Source: Bdellovibrionia bacterium (GTDB taxonomy: Bacteria; Bdellovibrionota; UBA1018). From it: a stretch of 38,439 bases of DNA. Positions 24,758 through 34,962 of this stretch are shown here, piece after piece. Position 1 is the stretch's first letter, and each line of letters opens with the position of its first letter. The notes beneath the pieces were generated by a model that saw only the letters and a program-made list of their open reading frames with translations, searched no databases and was not told where the DNA came from. The stretch lies in NCBI GenBank assembly GCA_045805065.1, contig JBJMMA010000226.1, forward strand, positions 1 to 38,439, written 5' to 3'. Both the position numbers and the translations under genes were made by a program.

Positions 24758-26176
24758 TCAAATGTGAATCGCGCGCTTATCCACCGCGAGAGCGGCCTCT
24801 TTCATGATCTCAGAAAGAGTTGGGTGAGCATGCGTCGTGCGAGCAATGTCTTCAGCCGCGCCGCCAAATTCCATGACGGCGACCGCTTCTGGGAGCATGT
24901 CGCTGGCGCGTGCGCCCACGATATGAACGCCGAGAACGCGATCGGTCTTGGCATCAGCGATCACCTTCACCAGGCCTTCAGTCTCATCCATCGAACGAGC
25001 GCGACCGTTTGCCGAGAATGGAAAGGTTCCGACTTTGTACTCGATGCCCTTAGCTTTGACTTCTTCTTCGGTTGCGCCAACGGTTGCTACTTCTGGCCAG
25101 GTGTAGACGACGTTTGGCATGGCTTCGTAGTTCACGTGGCCGGATTGGCCTGCCATGATCTCAACGGCTGCAATCCCTTCTTCTTCGCCTTTATGCGCAA
25201 GCATCGGGCCTGCAACGACGTCGCCCACGGCATAGATGCCAGGAACGTTCGTTTGGAAGTGAGAATCGATTTCCACTTGGCCAAGCTTATTGGTCGTAAC
25301 ACCGATCTTATCGAGACCGAGTCCTTGAGTGGTAGGCTTACGTCCTGTTGCAACCAGGATCTTATCGCATTCGATCTGAGACTTGGTGCCGGACTTGATC
25401 TCTTCAACTTCAACCACCATCCACTTGCCCTCTTTGCGCGCACCCAGGCACTTGGTGCCCAGACGGAACTCGAGACCTTGCTTCTGGAGCGACTTATAGA
25501 GCTCATTGGAAACCTGGCGATCGATCGGAGGAAGGATCGTGTCCATGAACTCAACGACCGTCACGCGAGCACCAATGCGCGCCCAAACGGAGCCCAGTTC
25601 AAGACCAATCACGCCGCCGCCGACAACAACGAGGTGCTTTGGCACTTCTGGAAGGGATAATGCTTCGGTGGAGCTGATGACGTTCTCACCGTCAAACTTG
25701 AGGAAAGGAAGCTCGGTTGGAACGCTTCCCGTTGCGATGAGCACGCGAGGAGCTGCGATCGTGCGGGAGCCGGCTTCGCCCTTGGCTTCCATCACAAAGT
25801 TATCGCCTTCTTTACCAACGAAAGTTCCCAGTCCAAGAACATGCTCAACTTTGTTCTTCTTGAAAAGGTAAGCCACGCCTTGGGTGTTTTGGCGGACAAC
25901 ACTGTCCTTGCGCTTCATCATTGCGCCCAGGTCGAGCTTGATGTCGCCGATCATCACGCCGTGCTTGGAGTACTTGTTCTTGGCCTGGTAGAAGTGCTCG
26001 CTCGACTCAAGAAGAGCCTTGGATGGAATGCATCCCACGTTTACGCAGGTGCCGCCCAGGGTCTTGTCTTTTTCGATGCAAGCGGTTTTGAAGCCAAGCT
26101 GTGCAGCGCGGATTGCGGCGACATAGCCTGCAGGGCCAGCGCCGACGACGATCAAATCGAAGTTATCAGTTGCCAT
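24758..26176 (-). CDS. lpdA: Dihydrolipoamide dehydrogenase (E3)
   Basis: GAGPAGY, GGTCVNVGCIPSK, GGGVIGLE, HAHPTLSE. Confidence 0.98.
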   Translation of the reverse strand: MATDNFDLIVVGAGPAGYVAAIRAAQLGFKTACIEKDKTLGGTCVNVGCIPSKALLESSEHFYQAKNKYSKHGVMIGDIKLDLGAMMKRKDSVVRQNTQGVAYLFKKNKVEHVLGLGTFVGKEGDNFVMEAKGEAGSRTIAAPRVLIATGSVPTELPFLKFDGENVISSTEALSLPEVPKHLVVVGGGVIGLELGSVWARIGARVTVVEFMDTILPPIDRQVSNELYKSLQKQGLEFRLGTKCLGARKEGKWMVVEVEEIKSGTKSQIECDKILVATGRKPTTQGLGLDKIGVTTNKLGQVEIDSHFQTNVPGIYAVGDVVAGPMLAHKGEEEGIAAVEIMAGQSGHVNYEAMPNVVYTWPEVATVGATEEEVKAKGIEYKVGTFPFSANGRARSMDETEGLVKVIADAKTDRVLGVHIVGARASDMLPEAVAVMEFGGAAEDIARTTHAHPTLSEIMKEAALAVDKRAIHI

Positions 26177-26224
26177 TTTTTACTCCGAAAGCCGCTGTGC
26201 GGCTTTACTGCTTTGTAAGAAGCT

Positions 26225-26254
26225 AAATAAATTCCGGGCCGCAGATGCGGCCCG
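26225..26254 (-). terminator. Intercistronic hairpin or weak terminator between sucB and lpdA
   Basis: Stem CGGGCCGC/GCGGCCCG (26235-26254) followed on the minus strand by GAATTTATTT. Confidence 0.55.
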
Positions 26255-26269
26255 AAAGAGATTCAAAAA

Positions 26270-27541
26270 TTAGAGTACGAGATTCAACTTTTCAGGATTT
26301 TCGAGGAAATCCTTCAAGTGAACCAGGAACGTCACAGCGCCTTTTCCGTCGATCAAGCGGTGATCGTAGGAGAGAGCGAGATACATCATTGGACGGATTT
26401 CAATCTTGCCGTTCACAGCCATCGGACGATCCTGGATCTTATGCATTCCCAGGATGCCGCTTTGTGGAGGGTTCAAGATTGGGGTCGACATCAATGAGCC
26501 GTAAACGCCGCCGTTCGAAATCGTGAACGTGCCGCCCGACATATCCGCAATCGAAAGCTTACCGTCGCGAGCCTTCAGTGCGAGCTCGCCGATCTTCTTT
26601 TCGATTTCAACGTTGGACAGCTTGTCTGCGCCGCGAACAACTGGAACCACCAGGCCGCGTTCCGTGCCGACAGCAACACCGAGATCCACGTAGTCATGAT
26701 AAATGACGTCGCGGCCGTCGATCGATGCATTGACTTCAGGAATGAGCTTCAATGCTTCAACGCATGCGCGGCCAAAAAGAGACATAAAGCCAAGCGATAC
26801 GCCGTGCTTCGCCTTGAATGTGTCTTTGTGTTTCGCGCGAAGCGCATTGACTGCAGTCATGTCGACTTCGTTGAAAGTCGTAAGAATCGCAGCCGTGTGC
26901 TGAGCTTGAACGAGGCGTTCCGCGATACGAGCGCGCAGGTTCGACATTGGAACGCGGCGATCGCCTTCACGGAGTGGCATTGAAGAGGCAACCGGAGCTG
27001 GCTTTGCAACTGCCGGAGCAGAAGCAGCAGGGGAGACGGATCCAAAGTTTCCGCCGTAGGATGCTGTGTGACTGTGTGCCGATGGCTGAGCGCCAGCGGT
27101 GGCTCCCAGAACATCTCCCTTGGTTACGCGGCCACCTTTTCCAGTGCCTGCGATCTGATTGATATCCACACCGGTTTCAGCGACTGCCTTGCGAACTGCT
27201 GGGCTCATTACTCCGCTCGCGCCAGCGCTCGACGGTGCTGATGAAGCAGGAGCAGAAGGAGCAGCTGCCGCAGCCTTAGGAGCTTCGGCCGAAGCGGTGC
27301 CCGTTGCGGCGTCATCGATCATTCCGATCACTTCGCCGACAGGAATGCGCTCGCCGGCTTCCTTAAGAATCGTCAGTGCGCCAGTGGCTTCAGCGACGAT
27401 CTCAACCGTTGCCTTATCGGATTCGATCTCAAGCAGAAGCTCGCCGTTCTTGACTTGAGCGCCGTTTGGCTTTGCCCATTTCAGGATGCTGACTTCAGTG
27501 ATCGATTCGCCAACGCTAGGGGCCTTTACGTTATGTTTCAT
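26270..27541 (-). CDS. sucB: 2-oxoglutarate dehydrogenase E2, dihydrolipoamide succinyltransferase
   Basis: Lipoyl motif EIESDKA, E3-binding [12 protein letters not shown], catalytic SYDHRLIDG. Confidence 0.98.
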   Translation of the reverse strand: MKHNVKAPSVGESITEVSILKWAKPNGAQVKNGELLLEIESDKATVEIVAEATGALTILKEAGERIPVGEVIGMIDDAATGTASAEAPKAAAAAPSAPASSAPSSAGASGVMSPAVRKAVAETGVDINQIAGTGKGGRVTKGDVLGATAGAQPSAHSHTASYGGNFGSVSPAASAPAVAKPAPVASSMPLREGDRRVPMSNLRARIAERLVQAQHTAAILTTFNEVDMTAVNALRAKHKDTFKAKHGVSLGFMSLFGRACVEALKLIPEVNASIDGRDVIYHDYVDLGVAVGTERGLVVPVVRGADKLSNVEIEKKIGELALKARDGKLSIADMSGGTFTISNGGVYGSLMSTPILNPPQSGILGMHKIQDRPMAVNGKIEIRPMMYLALSYDHRLIDGKGAVTFLVHLKDFLENPEKLNLVL

Positions 27542-30381
27542 TTCTTAGATTCTCCAAATGCCGCTTCAATGAGGGCTCTTTGTTCTTTCTCATGGATTTT
27601 AGCCGAACCGACTGCAGGCGAGGCTCCGATCTCGCGTCCAACGTAACGAATTGGACGTCCCACTTTTTCTTCGAACAGGCTGTAGCCGCCCATCCAGGTA
27701 TTGAAAATGTAGCTCCAGGCGCCCATGTTGCGTGGCTCTTCCTGGACCCAGAGGATGTCCTTGGCGTTCTTGAAACGACCCAAAACCGCTGCCAGTCTTT
27801 CGGCTGGGAATGGATAGAGCTGTTCCACACGAACAATCGCGACATCCGTGATCTTCTTCGCGGCACGCTCAGCGGCGAGATCGTAGTAAACCTTACCGGA
27901 GCAAAGAAGGACGCGCTTCACATCAGATGCGTTCTTGATTTCGGTATCATCCAAGACTTCCTGAAAGCCTTGATCGGTGAAGTCCTTGAGCTCGGAAACC
28001 GCCATCGGGTGACGGAGCAAGCTCTTAGGCGACATGACAACGAGAGGTTTTCTGAAGTCGCGCTTCACTTGGCGACGAAGCGCATGGAAAATCTGCGCAG
28101 GCGTCGTCAAGTTAGCGACGATCATGTTGTTGCGTCCGCAAAGCTGAAGGAAGCGCTCGAGGCGCGCGCTCGAATGCTCAGGGCCTTGTCCTTCAAATCC
28201 GTGTGGAAGAAGGAGGGTCAGCCCGCTCATACGCTGCCATTTCGACTCCGAAGAGGAGAGGAACTGGTCGATGATGACTTGAGCGCCGTTTGCGAAATCG
28301 CCGAACTGAGCTTCCCAGATCACAAGCGACGTTGGATCCGAGGTGGAGTATCCATACTCAAAGCCCATGACAGCAGTCTCAGACAAGTTCGAGTTATGAA
28401 CTTCGTATTGAGCCTTGCCGGTAGCCACTTGGTTTAACGGAGCAAAAGTTTCGCCCGTCTCGTAATCATTCAAAACAGAGTGGCGGTGAGTGAAGGTTCC
28501 GCGCTCAGCATCTTGTCCGGTAATACGGACAGACGTGCCTTCATGAACCAACGAGGCATAAGCGAGAGCCTCGCCGTTCCCCCAATCGATTCCTTTGCCT
28601 TCTTCGACGGCTTTCAAACGAGCTTCAAAGAAGCGTCCAAGCTTTGGATGGATGTTGAATCCAGCAGGCATGCGATTGATCTTGGAAGCAATCTCTTTCA
28701 AGGTTTTCTCAGCAACCGCAGTCTTGACTGGCTTCCAGTTGTCTTCTTCGGTGCCTCTCTTAAGACCCTTCCAGCGACCTTCGAGCGTCGAGACAAATGG
28801 TTTTGGAGCTTCAGCCTTGGTGCGTTGCTGAGCTTCAGTGAACTTTGCCATCAGCTCATCGACGATGCCTTGAGCTTGCGCTTCAGGCACAACGCCTTCG
28901 GCAGCGAGTTTCTTAGCGTACACTTCGCGAGGCGACGCATGCGCCTTGATCTGCTTGTAAAGGAGAGGTTGGGTGAACGACGGCTCATCGCCTTCGTTGT
29001 GGCCGTGCTTACGATAGCAGATCAGATCGATGAAAACGTCTTTCTTGAATTTCTGGCGGTACTCAGCGCAAAGGCGCGAGACGTACCAGACTGCTTCTGG
29101 ATCATCCCCGTTGACGTGGAAGATCGGAGTTTCGAGCATCTTCGCAACGTCCGTGCAGTAAGTGGTCGAGCGAGAGTCCTTAGGAGACGTCGTAAAGCCC
29201 ACTTGGTTATTGATCACGATGTGAAGCGTTCCACCCGTCGTGTAGCCTGCGAGCTGAGAAAGGTTCAGCGTCTCGTAGCAAACACCTTGGCCTGCGAAAG
29301 CGGCATCGCCATGGATCTGAACAGGAATGACCTGCGTGCGATCCTTGTCTTCGCGGAAAGCTTGCTTTGCGCGAGCCATACCTTCGACTACAGGATTGAT
29401 GAACTCCAGATGGCTAGGATTGTATCCGAGCGAAAGGTGCACGGACTTTCCTTGGCGGGTCGTGAGATCCGAGGAGTAACCCATGTGATACTTCACGTCG
29501 CCTTCGCCCATGGAGGTGTCGGCTTTGTAAGCGCCTTCAAATTCGGTGAAGATGTACTCTGGCTTTTTGCCGTACAAGTTCACAAGAACGTTCAAGCGAC
29601 CGCGATGGGCCATGCCGATCACGAATTCTTTTGCGCCAAGTTCTGCGCCCACTTCGACCATGCAGTCGAGTGCTGGAATGACGGCTTCGCCGCCTTCGAC
29701 AGAGAAACGCTTCTGCGCCACATAGCGGGTGTGGAGGAAACGCTCAAAGGTTTCGCTCTCACTCACGCGCTTCAAAATGAACTTGCGAGTCTCTGCATCG
29801 AGGTTTGCGCGATTGCGAGTGGACTCCATGCGCTGCTCAAGCCAGCGGCGCTCTTCGAGGTTCTGAATGTGGGTGAACTCTACACCGATATCGCCGCAGT
29901 ACGTTTCACGAAGGCGGGCGATGATGTCGCTGAGTTTTGCTGGGCCCATTCCGATGAGCTTTCCAGCGTTGAAAGTCTTGCTCAGATCCGCGCTTGTCAG
30001 TTCAAAGCGCGAAAGATCCAAAAGCGGGTGATTGGCAGGCGGCGGAACGAGCGGGTTGATGTTCGCAAGAACGCGGCCCATCTCGCGGTACGCATTGATC
30101 AGGTCAGCGACCTTTGCCTCAGCATTGAGATCCATTCCTGCGGCAGCAGCTGCAGCCGTGGCTGTTTGAACTGCTTGAGGTGCAGCATGTCCGTTCGGAA
30201 CAGCAGCTGGCTCAGGGCTCTCAGAGCCAAGCTCCATGCCTTCGAAGAAATAACGCCAGGAAGGATCGACCGAATTTGGATCCGCGAGGAAACGATCGAA
30301 TAGCTCGTCGATGTATCCAATGTTGCTGCTCTTTAAGTAGCTGAACCGGTTCAGAAGGTAATCCAAGGAATGCCCTTTCAT
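27538..30381 (-). CDS. sucA: 2-oxoglutarate dehydrogenase E1
   Basis: [63 protein letters not shown]. Confidence 0.98.
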   Translation of the reverse strand: MKGHSLDYLLNRFSYLKSSNIGYIDELFDRFLADPNSVDPSWRYFFEGMELGSESPEPAAVPNGHAAPQAVQTATAAAAAAGMDLNAEAKVADLINAYREMGRVLANINPLVPPPANHPLLDLSRFELTSADLSKTFNAGKLIGMGPAKLSDIIARLRETYCGDIGVEFTHIQNLEERRWLEQRMESTRNRANLDAETRKFILKRVSESETFERFLHTRYVAQKRFSVEGGEAVIPALDCMVEVGAELGAKEFVIGMAHRGRLNVLVNLYGKKPEYIFTEFEGAYKADTSMGEGDVKYHMGYSSDLTTRQGKSVHLSLGYNPSHLEFINPVVEGMARAKQAFREDKDRTQVIPVQIHGDAAFAGQGVCYETLNLSQLAGYTTGGTLHIVINNQVGFTTSPKDSRSTTYCTDVAKMLETPIFHVNGDDPEAVWYVSRLCAEYRQKFKKDVFIDLICYRKHGHNEGDEPSFTQPLLYKQIKAHASPREVYAKKLAAEGVVPEAQAQGIVDELMAKFTEAQQRTKAEAPKPFVSTLEGRWKGLKRGTEEDNWKPVKTAVAEKTLKEIASKINRMPAGFNIHPKLGRFFEARLKAVEEGKGIDWGNGEALAYASLVHEGTSVRITGQDAERGTFTHRHSVLNDYETGETFAPLNQVATGKAQYEVHNSNLSETAVMGFEYGYSTSDPTSLVIWEAQFGDFANGAQVIIDQFLSSSESKWQRMSGLTLLLPHGFEGQGPEHSSARLERFLQLCGRNNMIVANLTTPAQIFHALRRQVKRDFRKPLVVMSPKSLLRHPMAVSELKDFTDQGFQEVLDDTEIKNASDVKRVLLCSGKVYYDLAAERAAKKITDVAIVRVEQLYPFPAERLAAVLGRFKNAKDILWVQEEPRNMGAWSYIFNTWMGGYSLFEEKVGRPIRYVGREIGASPAVGSAKIHEKEQRALIEAAFGESKK

Positions 30382-30616
30382 TTACAACGGCTAAGGCCGG
30401 ATGTCTCGAGTCGCTCAAAAAACTGAGGCCAATACTTATTTATGGCCGTAATTGCGGCGACTTGAAACTCGAATCGAATCGAAAAGTGAGTTTGTTTTAG
30501 GCTGCCGAAAAATAGAGGTCAAGGTGATATTCAGCGGAAAATAATTCGAGAGATAGAAGCCTGTCGAGGTGTCGTGACGTATCGCGTTATGAGCTTTGTT
30601 GACTCAGGACGGTCCC

Positions 30617-31351
30617 TTAGATGCAAAGCATGGATGAGATCTGGAGAGTGCGATCTTGATTGATCGTAAATCCCTTGGCCATTTGACAGGATATGGGGCC
30701 CGGGGGAAGGAATCGGGAGCTCGCTTCTGCGCTAGGAACAAGCCAGTCAGTGACTTGGGTAACCGAATCTACTGCAATGTTTTGTGCGTACTGAAGAGAA
30801 TTCGAATGGGTATTGTGAGAATAATAGTAAGGAGCATTGCTGATTGCTAAGACCGTAAAGTGAGACGTGTCAATGGTTGTACCGCCTATCAAGGACGCAA
30901 ACGGCGCAGCGCCAGGGGGAGGGCTGCTTGCGTCCGGCATGCTTGCGGTGGCTGGATACGCATAATCGACGCCTGTATCCATCTTTGGATCGTGTGTGCA
31001 GTTGGTTCCACCCGCCTGCCAGTTGACTTGTAAACAATCACTCGTACCATTCGGGCCACAGGAATTTATGGTGCCATGCGACAGAGCTGTAAACCCAACA
31101 TAGAAGTAACGATTGCTGCCTTCAGGGGAGTATCCGATGTTGGCCAAACAAGCGGTGTAGGATCCGTTTTCGGCAGCAAACGACTTCTCTGCGGAATAGA
31201 TCGCAGAAAGCGCGATCTTTGCTTCCGTGGCGCGAGCTTTGATGACGAAGCCCTTGTAAGAATTCATGGAGATGGCGCTCAGTACGCCCACCATCGCAAC
31301 AACGACCATCAGCTCGACTAATGTAAAGCCCTTGTTTTTTCGATGTTCCAC
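30617..31351 (-). CDS. Type IV pilin-like protein with C-terminal insert
   Basis: Prepilin motif KG|FTLVELMVVVAMVGVLSAI; KARATEAKIALSAIYSAEKSF; six Cys; GTG start. Confidence 0.92.
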   Translation of the reverse strand: MEHRKNKGFTLVELMVVVAMVGVLSAISMNSYKGFVIKARATEAKIALSAIYSAEKSFAAENGSYTACLANIGYSPEGSNRYFYVGFTALSHGTINSCGPNGTSDCLQVNWQAGGTNCTHDPKMDTGVDYAYPATASMPDASSPPPGAAPFASLIGGTTIDTSHFTVLAISNAPYYYSHNTHSNSLQYAQNIAVDSVTQVTDWLVPSAEASSRFLPPGPISCQMAKGFTINQDRTLQISSMLCI

Positions 31352-31467
31352 TCTTTAATTATGAATGCTTTTTAAGATTCTGCCAGGACAGTCTATTTCT
31401 GAACGCAAATTTGCAGATCCATTTGCGGACTCGAAATCCACCCTGAATTTGTGTACTCATTTAAAGA

Positions 31468-32232
31468 ATGAAGCTCATTTCCTGGAACGTGAATGGTATC
31501 CGAGCCGCTCAAAAGGGCGGTTTTCAGCAATGGTTTGCCGATCAGGCAGCAGATGTTGTCTGTATTCAAGAGTCAAAAGCTCGTCCTGAGCAGCTGGACG
31601 AGGCATCGCTTCATCCCCAGGGCTATCATTCCTATTGGCACTCGGCCGAAAAGCCCGGATACAGCGGCGTTGCCATTTATTCGAAGAATGAGCCACTGGA
31701 TGTGAAGAACGGAATCGGCGTTCCCGAGATTGACCGCGAGGGACGGGTCATTATCGCCGAGTACAAAGATCTCACGGTGATCAATTCCTACTTTCCCAAC
31801 AGCCAGCGCGACCATGCTCGCCTGGACTATAAGCTCATGTTTTGCGCCAAGATGCTGGAGTTCTGCGAATCGCTCCGCAAACAGGGAAAGCAAGTCGCTC
31901 TTTGCGGTGACTTCAACATCGCTCATCGCGCGATCGATCTAAAGAACCCAAAATCCAACGAGAACAACGCAGGCTTTCTCCCGGAAGAGCGCGCGTGGAT
32001 GGATCAGTTCACGGGGCATGGCTATATTGATACCTTCCGCCACTTCAACCAGGAGCCGGGTCATTATACATGGTGGAGTTACCGGCCGGGAGTTCGTGAA
32101 AAGAATATCGGATGGCGCTTGGATTACTTTGTGGTCAATCCTGAGTGGAAGGATCGCTTGAAATCGATGGAGCACCAGCCTCATGTTCGCGGCTCGGATC
32201 ATTGCCCAGTTCGATTAGTTCTGAAGTTCTAA
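31468..32232 (+). CDS. xth: Exodeoxyribonuclease III / AP endonuclease
   Basis: SWNVNGIRA, QESK, GYSGVA, YFPN, GDFNIAH, YTWWSYR, GWRLDY, GSDHCPV. Confidence 0.97.
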   Translation: MKLISWNVNGIRAAQKGGFQQWFADQAADVVCIQESKARPEQLDEASLHPQGYHSYWHSAEKPGYSGVAIYSKNEPLDVKNGIGVPEIDREGRVIIAEYKDLTVINSYFPNSQRDHARLDYKLMFCAKMLEFCESLRKQGKQVALCGDFNIAHRAIDLKNPKSNENNAGFLPEERAWMDQFTGHGYIDTFRHFNQEPGHYTWWSYRPGVREKNIGWRLDYFVVNPEWKDRLKSMEHQPHVRGSDHCPVRLVLKF

Positions 32233-32277
32233 CGTAAAAGCTAAAGTCACAAGACGTGACGCAGTCGGTCGCAGTGC

Positions 32278-33249
32278 TTAGCTCTGAAATTTCGTGGCAG
32301 GAGTGACACGGTTTCTACCGTTCTTCTTGGAATGGTAGAGCGCCTGATCGGCAGCTTCCAACACGGCTTCTGGCGTTTCGCCATGATCTGGAAACACGGC
32401 AACTCCGATGCTCACGCTGATTCGTCCCAGGGGCTGATCTTTGCCATGAGGGAACTCATGCTCAGCGATCCTTGCACGAAGTCGCTCAGCAAAAATCATG
32501 GCACCGTCCAGATCCGTTGCCCGGCAAAGAACCGCAAACTCCTCGCCCCCGTAACGGGCGGGAAGATCGGATTTTCTGGCCTCAGATTGAATGACTCTCG
32601 CAAGCTCTCTTAAGAGAGCATCGCCTGCGGGATGGCCATTGCGATCATTGTAATGCTTGAAGTTATCCACATCGCAGAAGACGATCGCGTAAGGCTCGCG
32701 ATTTCTAAAGCAGCGATCATGCTCGACTTGAAGCTGGGACTTGAACTGGCGGAAGTTTGAAAGCTTCGTCATCTCATCCATCGTGGAGAGCTCTTCCAGT
32801 TTCTTGTTCAGCGCCTGAAGCTCAGCCATGTAGCGCTGAGCTTGCTCCTGGGCTTCGACCTCCTGAGTGACGTCTCGCCCAATGATCTGCATCACCGCAT
32901 CTTCTTCCACGTTGCCTACTCGAAGCCAGCAGGCCACGACTTCCAGCGTGAGAAGGGTCGAGTCCTTAAGCTTCCACCGTGTCCTGAACTTTTTAGGAGC
33001 ATAGGAGCGCTTGGCGATTCGAAGATGCTTTTCAAAATCAGCGCGAACGTCTTCGGGAACCCAATCGACCAACGCGCGACCGCTCAGGTCTTGAAGCGTC
33101 AGCCCCATTCGCAGCTCAACGGCCGGATTCACATCCAGAATGCGCAAAGTCTCGGGCGCAATCAGGAAAACGAGATCATTCATCCGGTTGAAAAGATCGA
33201 GGTATCTCGCGCGTTGTGAATATCGACTAGTGTCTGTTTCAGGGCTCAT
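32278..33249 (-). CDS. PAS - coiled coil - GGDEF diguanylate cyclase
   Basis: PAS (ILDVNPAVELRMG...GRDVT), DVDNFKHYNDRNGHPAGD, I-site RKSD, active site RYGGEEF. Confidence 0.95.
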   Translation of the reverse strand: MSPETDTSRYSQRARYLDLFNRMNDLVFLIAPETLRILDVNPAVELRMGLTLQDLSGRALVDWVPEDVRADFEKHLRIAKRSYAPKKFRTRWKLKDSTLLTLEVVACWLRVGNVEEDAVMQIIGRDVTQEVEAQEQAQRYMAELQALNKKLEELSTMDEMTKLSNFRQFKSQLQVEHDRCFRNREPYAIVFCDVDNFKHYNDRNGHPAGDALLRELARVIQSEARKSDLPARYGGEEFAVLCRATDLDGAMIFAERLRARIAEHEFPHGKDQPLGRISVSIGVAVFPDHGETPEAVLEAADQALYHSKKNGRNRVTPATKFQS

Positions 33250-33261
33250 TTTAAGGCTGGG

Positions 33262-34263
33262 TCACTTCACCGTGGTGATTTCGATTGAGTCTGCCGAATC
33301 CAGCAGGATCTGCGGATTGGCCTGGTTTTCGCTGACTTCGTTGAAGGTCCCGGTCGCTTTTACCCGAATAACCTTGCTCACCAGCTTATTGCGTCCGTTG
33401 GTGTACTCACCTGAATACCGATCCCAAGCATTCTGAAGCTTTTTTCGAATCTTGGCAAACTCTTCCGGCGAATCAAAATTGACCAGCGTGAACTGACGGC
33501 TTAGCTCACCCGAAGGAGTAGGGAGGAGTTGCTGAACGGCAAAGACATTGAAAAGAATCTCAGGGCTCTTGGGGAAAAGAATGAGCGCGCCCTCGATCGT
33601 TCCCTTTTTGCCGTGAATGGATCGAATCGATTCGATCACTTTGAGAGGCTCTGGATCTTTTTCTTCCAACGAAAGATGGAGCGGTTGATCGGGTTCGTCA
33701 CGAACTCTGAACTTGAGCTCAACGATATCGCCTCGGAATAGGCCTTGAGCAAGCTTCGCGTTCTTCACGTAAACCGGAAGGACCACGTCATTATATTCGA
33801 CCACCAAAATGTGGCCATCACCTGCAACCGCATGCACTAGAAACGGCGCGCTGCTTTTTCTGGCAAGGTCCGCAGGCACGCTTGCGCCGTAGATGTGGTC
33901 TTCCATCGGATATGGGTTTTGGTACGTCTGGATCACTTCAATGGAATGAGCTTTGATATGCTTTTGCGGGCTTGGGTTCTTCAAAAACTCGCCCTTCACG
34001 CGGATCTTGTCGTGGCGTTTGAGGCCCTCGAGCTGACGAGTGATCGCAGCATCTTCGGTAATGAGCGACATCTCTACATAATCGAAGAAGTCTCCAGGAT
34101 TTCGGTAAGTGAAGACGTAATATCCCGGAGCTGCAAATCCTCCATGGATCCAGCCTTCCACGCCCGTCGTGGTGAGCTGTTTCTCAATAAGCGCCATGTC
34201 GACGCCTAGCGCCGAAAAAGATACTAAAAGTGCCGCCAACGCAGAAAAGATTCTCAGTCTCAT
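33262..34263 (-). CDS. Exported hypothetical protein with possible tandem OB-fold-like repeats (start re-called to 34263)
   Basis: Signal peptide MRLRIFSALAALLVSFSALG; repeated LKRHDKIRVKGEF, LFRGDIVELKFRV and KVIRVKATGTF; the longer ORF-track start overlaps the TMEM175 gene. Confidence 0.8.
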   Translation of the reverse strand: MRLRIFSALAALLVSFSALGVDMALIEKQLTTTGVEGWIHGGFAAPGYYVFTYRNPGDFFDYVEMSLITEDAAITRQLEGLKRHDKIRVKGEFLKNPSPQKHIKAHSIEVIQTYQNPYPMEDHIYGASVPADLARKSSAPFLVHAVAGDGHILVVEYNDVVLPVYVKNAKLAQGLFRGDIVELKFRVRDEPDQPLHLSLEEKDPEPLKVIESIRSIHGKKGTIEGALILFPKSPEILFNVFAVQQLLPTPSGELSRQFTLVNFDSPEEFAKIRKKLQNAWDRYSGEYTNGRNKLVSKVIRVKATGTFNEVSENQANPQILLDSADSIEITTVK

Positions 34264-34362
34264 GTTCTCGCTTATATATGTGGCGTTCCAGCTTATGCAA
34301 ATAGATACTCTGATCGAGGCGGCCCTGCCGCTACGTGTGTTATGACGGAAGGGTGCTGAATC

Positions 34363-34962
34363 ATGGAAAAAAATCGCCTGGAAGCCTTTAGCGACGGAGT
34401 GCTTGCAATCATCATCACCATCATGGTGCTCGAGCTCAAGGTCCCGCATTCGGAAGATCTTCAGGCCCTGATCCCGCTTTGGCCCGTAGCAGTAAGCTAT
34501 GTTCTGAGCTTCATCTATGTGGGCATCTACTGGAACAATCATCATCACATGATGCAGGTCGCTCGAAGCGTGAACGGGAAGGTTCTTTGGTCCAATCTCC
34601 ATCTTCTCTTCTGGCTATCGCTTCTTCCTTTCACGACGGGATGGATGGGGGAGAATCATTTCGCGCGCTGGCCCACCATGCTCTATGGCGTGAATGTCTT
34701 TGCCTGCGCGATCGCCTATATGGTTCTTCAGAACACCTTGGTTCACCACCATGGCCCAGACAGTCTTTTGGCTCGAGCGCTCGGACGAGACGCTAAAGGA
34801 AAGCTCTCTCCCGTGCTTTATGTCTGCGGAATTCTGGCTGCCGCAGTAAACCTTCCAAGTGTTGGCTTTGGCTTCTTTGTGATTGTGGCTTTGATCTGGC
34901 TTGTACCGGATCGTCGAATGGAGCAAGCGCTTATGGAAAAGAAATCAAAAAGCCATACCTAG
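34363..34962 (+). CDS. TMEM175-family (DUF1211) potassium channel
   Basis: RLEAFSDGVLAIIITIMVL, YWNNHHH, SLLPFTTGWMG; about six TM helices. Confidence 0.93.
   Translation: MEKNRLEAFSDGVLAIIITIMVLELKVPHSEDLQALIPLWPVAVSYVLSFIYVGIYWNNHHHMMQVARSVNGKVLWSNLHLLFWLSLLPFTTGWMGENHFARWPTMLYGVNVFACAIAYMVLQNTLVHHHGPDSLLARALGRDAKGKLSPVLYVCGILAAAVNLPSVGFGFFVIVALIWLVPDRRMEQALMEKKSKSHT

Noticed and set aside
25769..25781. GCCGGCTTCGCCC inside lpdA matching the 426-498 hairpin core
   Set aside because: Explained by common Gly-Glu-Ala-Gly codons; no duplication or flanking unit sequence
27580..30303. Long plus-strand ORFs (285 aa and 607 aa) opposite sucA
   Set aside because: Antisense shadows of a strongly codon-biased gene with no recognisable motifs; the same applies to 5205-6251, 18727-19818, 20421-21743 and 24764-25660
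30468..30483. TCGAA x3 resembling a tRNA T-loop
   Set aside because: No cloverleaf or acceptor stem; a simple 5-bp microsatellite upstream of sucA
31370..31385. Possible sigma-54 promoter for the pilin (TGGCAG on the minus strand)
   Set aside because: No GC at the -12 position
34264..34602. 113-aa N-terminal extension of the 33262 ORF
   Set aside because: Antisense to the TMEM175 gene; the signal peptide and promoter point to a start at 34263
34945..34962. 18-bp convergent overlap of the TMEM175 and barrel genes
   Set aside because: Short 3' overlaps are common and there is no sign of a functional link
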